From contig CBDCNP010000001.1 in NCBI GenBank assembly GCA_965219415.1, positions 128,001 to 192,000 of the forward strand: a DNA stretch of 64,000 nucleotides. The letters are read 5' to 3'. This stretch comes from Candidatus Marinacidobacterales bacterium (lineage in GTDB: Bacteria > Acidobacteriota > Vicinamibacteria > Marinacidobacterales > DATDRI01). Under the pieces are notes generated by a model. That model ran no database searches. It was not told the origin of the DNA and saw only the letters and a list, made by a program, of their open reading frames with translations. Below, in pieces: positions 62,865 through 64,000 of this stretch. Numbering within the stretch: the first letter of the stretch is position 1; every line of letters starts with the position of its first letter. The translations under genes and the position numbers were made by a program.

Positions 62865-63230
62865 TTACTTGGTGCGCTTCCCGCTCGCCTCGACGAACAG
62901 GTAAGGCCGCAGACGCAGAAACGTCTTCTCGCCGATGCCCTTGACGTTCATGACTTCCTCGACCTTCGTGAAGCTCCCGTTCTTCTTGCGGTAGGCCACG
63001 ATCCGGGAGGCGACGATATCGCCAATCCCTGAAAGCGCGGTGAACTCCTCGCCGGTCGCGGTATTCAAGTCGACCCGGAGCTCAGCGGCGGCCCCGGATT
63101 TCTTGGACGTCTCGTCCACAGCAGGCGCAGCAGGCGCGGCAGGCACGGCAAGCGCCGCAGTCGGGACAAGCGCGGCAGGCGCGACCCCGAGGAAGACCAT
63201 CGAGACGACTACCAACATTGTTCGTTTCGT
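62865..63230 (-). CDS. comEA: ComEA-family helix-hairpin-helix DNA-binding protein
   Basis: VDLNTA...L.GIG...A.RIV.YR...G.F..VEE...VKGIG.KT motif. Confidence 0.9.
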   Translation of the reverse strand, partial: TKRTMLVVVSMVFLGVAPAALVPTAALAVPAAPAAPAVDETSKKSGAAAELRVDLNTATGEEFTALSGIGDIVASRIVAYRKKNGSFTKVEEVMNVKGIGEKTFLRLRPYLFVEASGKRTK

Positions 63231-63537
63231 CGTTCCCTCCCTAATAGATGTCCGTGGGCGGCTGAGAATGGGGTGCCGTTTGCCCTCGCGAACCCGATGG
63301 CGGCCGGCCCTCCGCCCTCGTCGACCGCCCATCCGCGACGAGGACATCAAGAAGAGACGGAAAAACGGGAGGAGAACCCTCCCCGGCTTCTTGAAAAAAA
63401 TGAATCTCGTCGACGCAATGCTGAGCCTCAGGGGTTTAGAATCGGATTAAGGTAGCTAGAAAGAGGGGTTTATGGTAAGCTTTAAAGTGGTGTGTTAACT
63501 TTGGCAGGCTTTGGTCTGCCCAAGGCTCACCTGATCA

Positions 63538-64000
63538 ATGGGTGTACAAGACTCCGGAAATCTGAATCAGAGAGCATTCCTGGCGCTGCTCGTTGAGCTC
63601 CACCAGAAGAGCGCTACGGGTTCGCTCAAGCTCGAGCGGGCCCCGCTTCAAAAGGCTGTCTATCTCCGCGACGGCCAGATCCTCTTCGCCGCCTCGAACG
63701 ATCCGCAGGATCAGCTGGCATCCATCCTGGTCGATGAGGGGAAGCTCTCCAAAGATCAAATGCAGGTGGCACAAGCCCGTGTATCGGCCGGAAACCCCCT
63801 AGCCAAGGTTCTTACCGAGCTTGGTTACATCTCGCAAAGAGAGCTGGCGGACGCAGCACGACTCAAGGTCGAGAAGATCCTCACCGATCTCTACGGGTGG
63901 AAGGAGGGGACCTTCCAGTTCGTGGAACGATCGCTGCCCAAGGGTGCGATCGATTTGGAGCTATCCACGCCGCGCTTGATCTTCAACAGTGTGCAACGCA
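63538..64000 (+). CDS. DUF4388 domain protein (runs off the window end)
   Basis: Manual translation: SGNL....F..LL..L.....TGSL.L.....KAVY.RDG.I.FA.SND, L..ILV..G, W.EG.F.F. Confidence 0.8.
   Translation, partial: MGVQDSGNLNQRAFLALLVELHQKSATGSLKLERAPLQKAVYLRDGQILFAASNDPQDQLASILVDEGKLSKDQMQVAQARVSAGNPLAKVLTELGYISQRELADAARLKVEKILTDLYGWKEGTFQFVERSLPKGAIDLELSTPRLIFNSVQR

Noticed and set aside
1-64000. CRISPR array, cas genes, integron attC array, prophage
   Set aside because: No regularly spaced repeats, cas, intI or phage structural genes were seen.

Overview
GC-rich genomic window, most likely from an Acidobacteriota genome. The evidence is an acidobacterial PadR next to an ADOP-type duplicated permease, a VWFA-type protein, DUF4388/J-domain proteins and several PQQ-like beta-propellers. 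The left ~18.5 kb is accessory. It holds two degenerate 3' halves of tRNA-fMet (att-like), three copies of a repeat carrying a sigma70-like promoter, one IS3 and three IS256 elements with recognisable IRs and target duplications (three of the four inside one DUF2182 gene), and a hicBA pair. The rest carries a response-regulator/TrxB fusion with a broken cNMP kinase, exported hydrolases, a KamA-like radical SAM gene behind a structured leader, a block of candidate ncRNAs at ~28.1-28.7 kb, MocR/TPM/PadR-ADOP genes, gcvTHP, a degenerate MshEN-PilB/GspE-like ATPase, a spoVG-like gene, a prepilin gene and comEA. Many genes show 1-bp frameshifts, internal deletions or local inversions, so part of the apparent decay may be a sequencing or amplification artefact. 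No CRISPR array, rRNA, intact tRNA or integrase was found. All family calls come from motifs recognised by eye, not from database searches.
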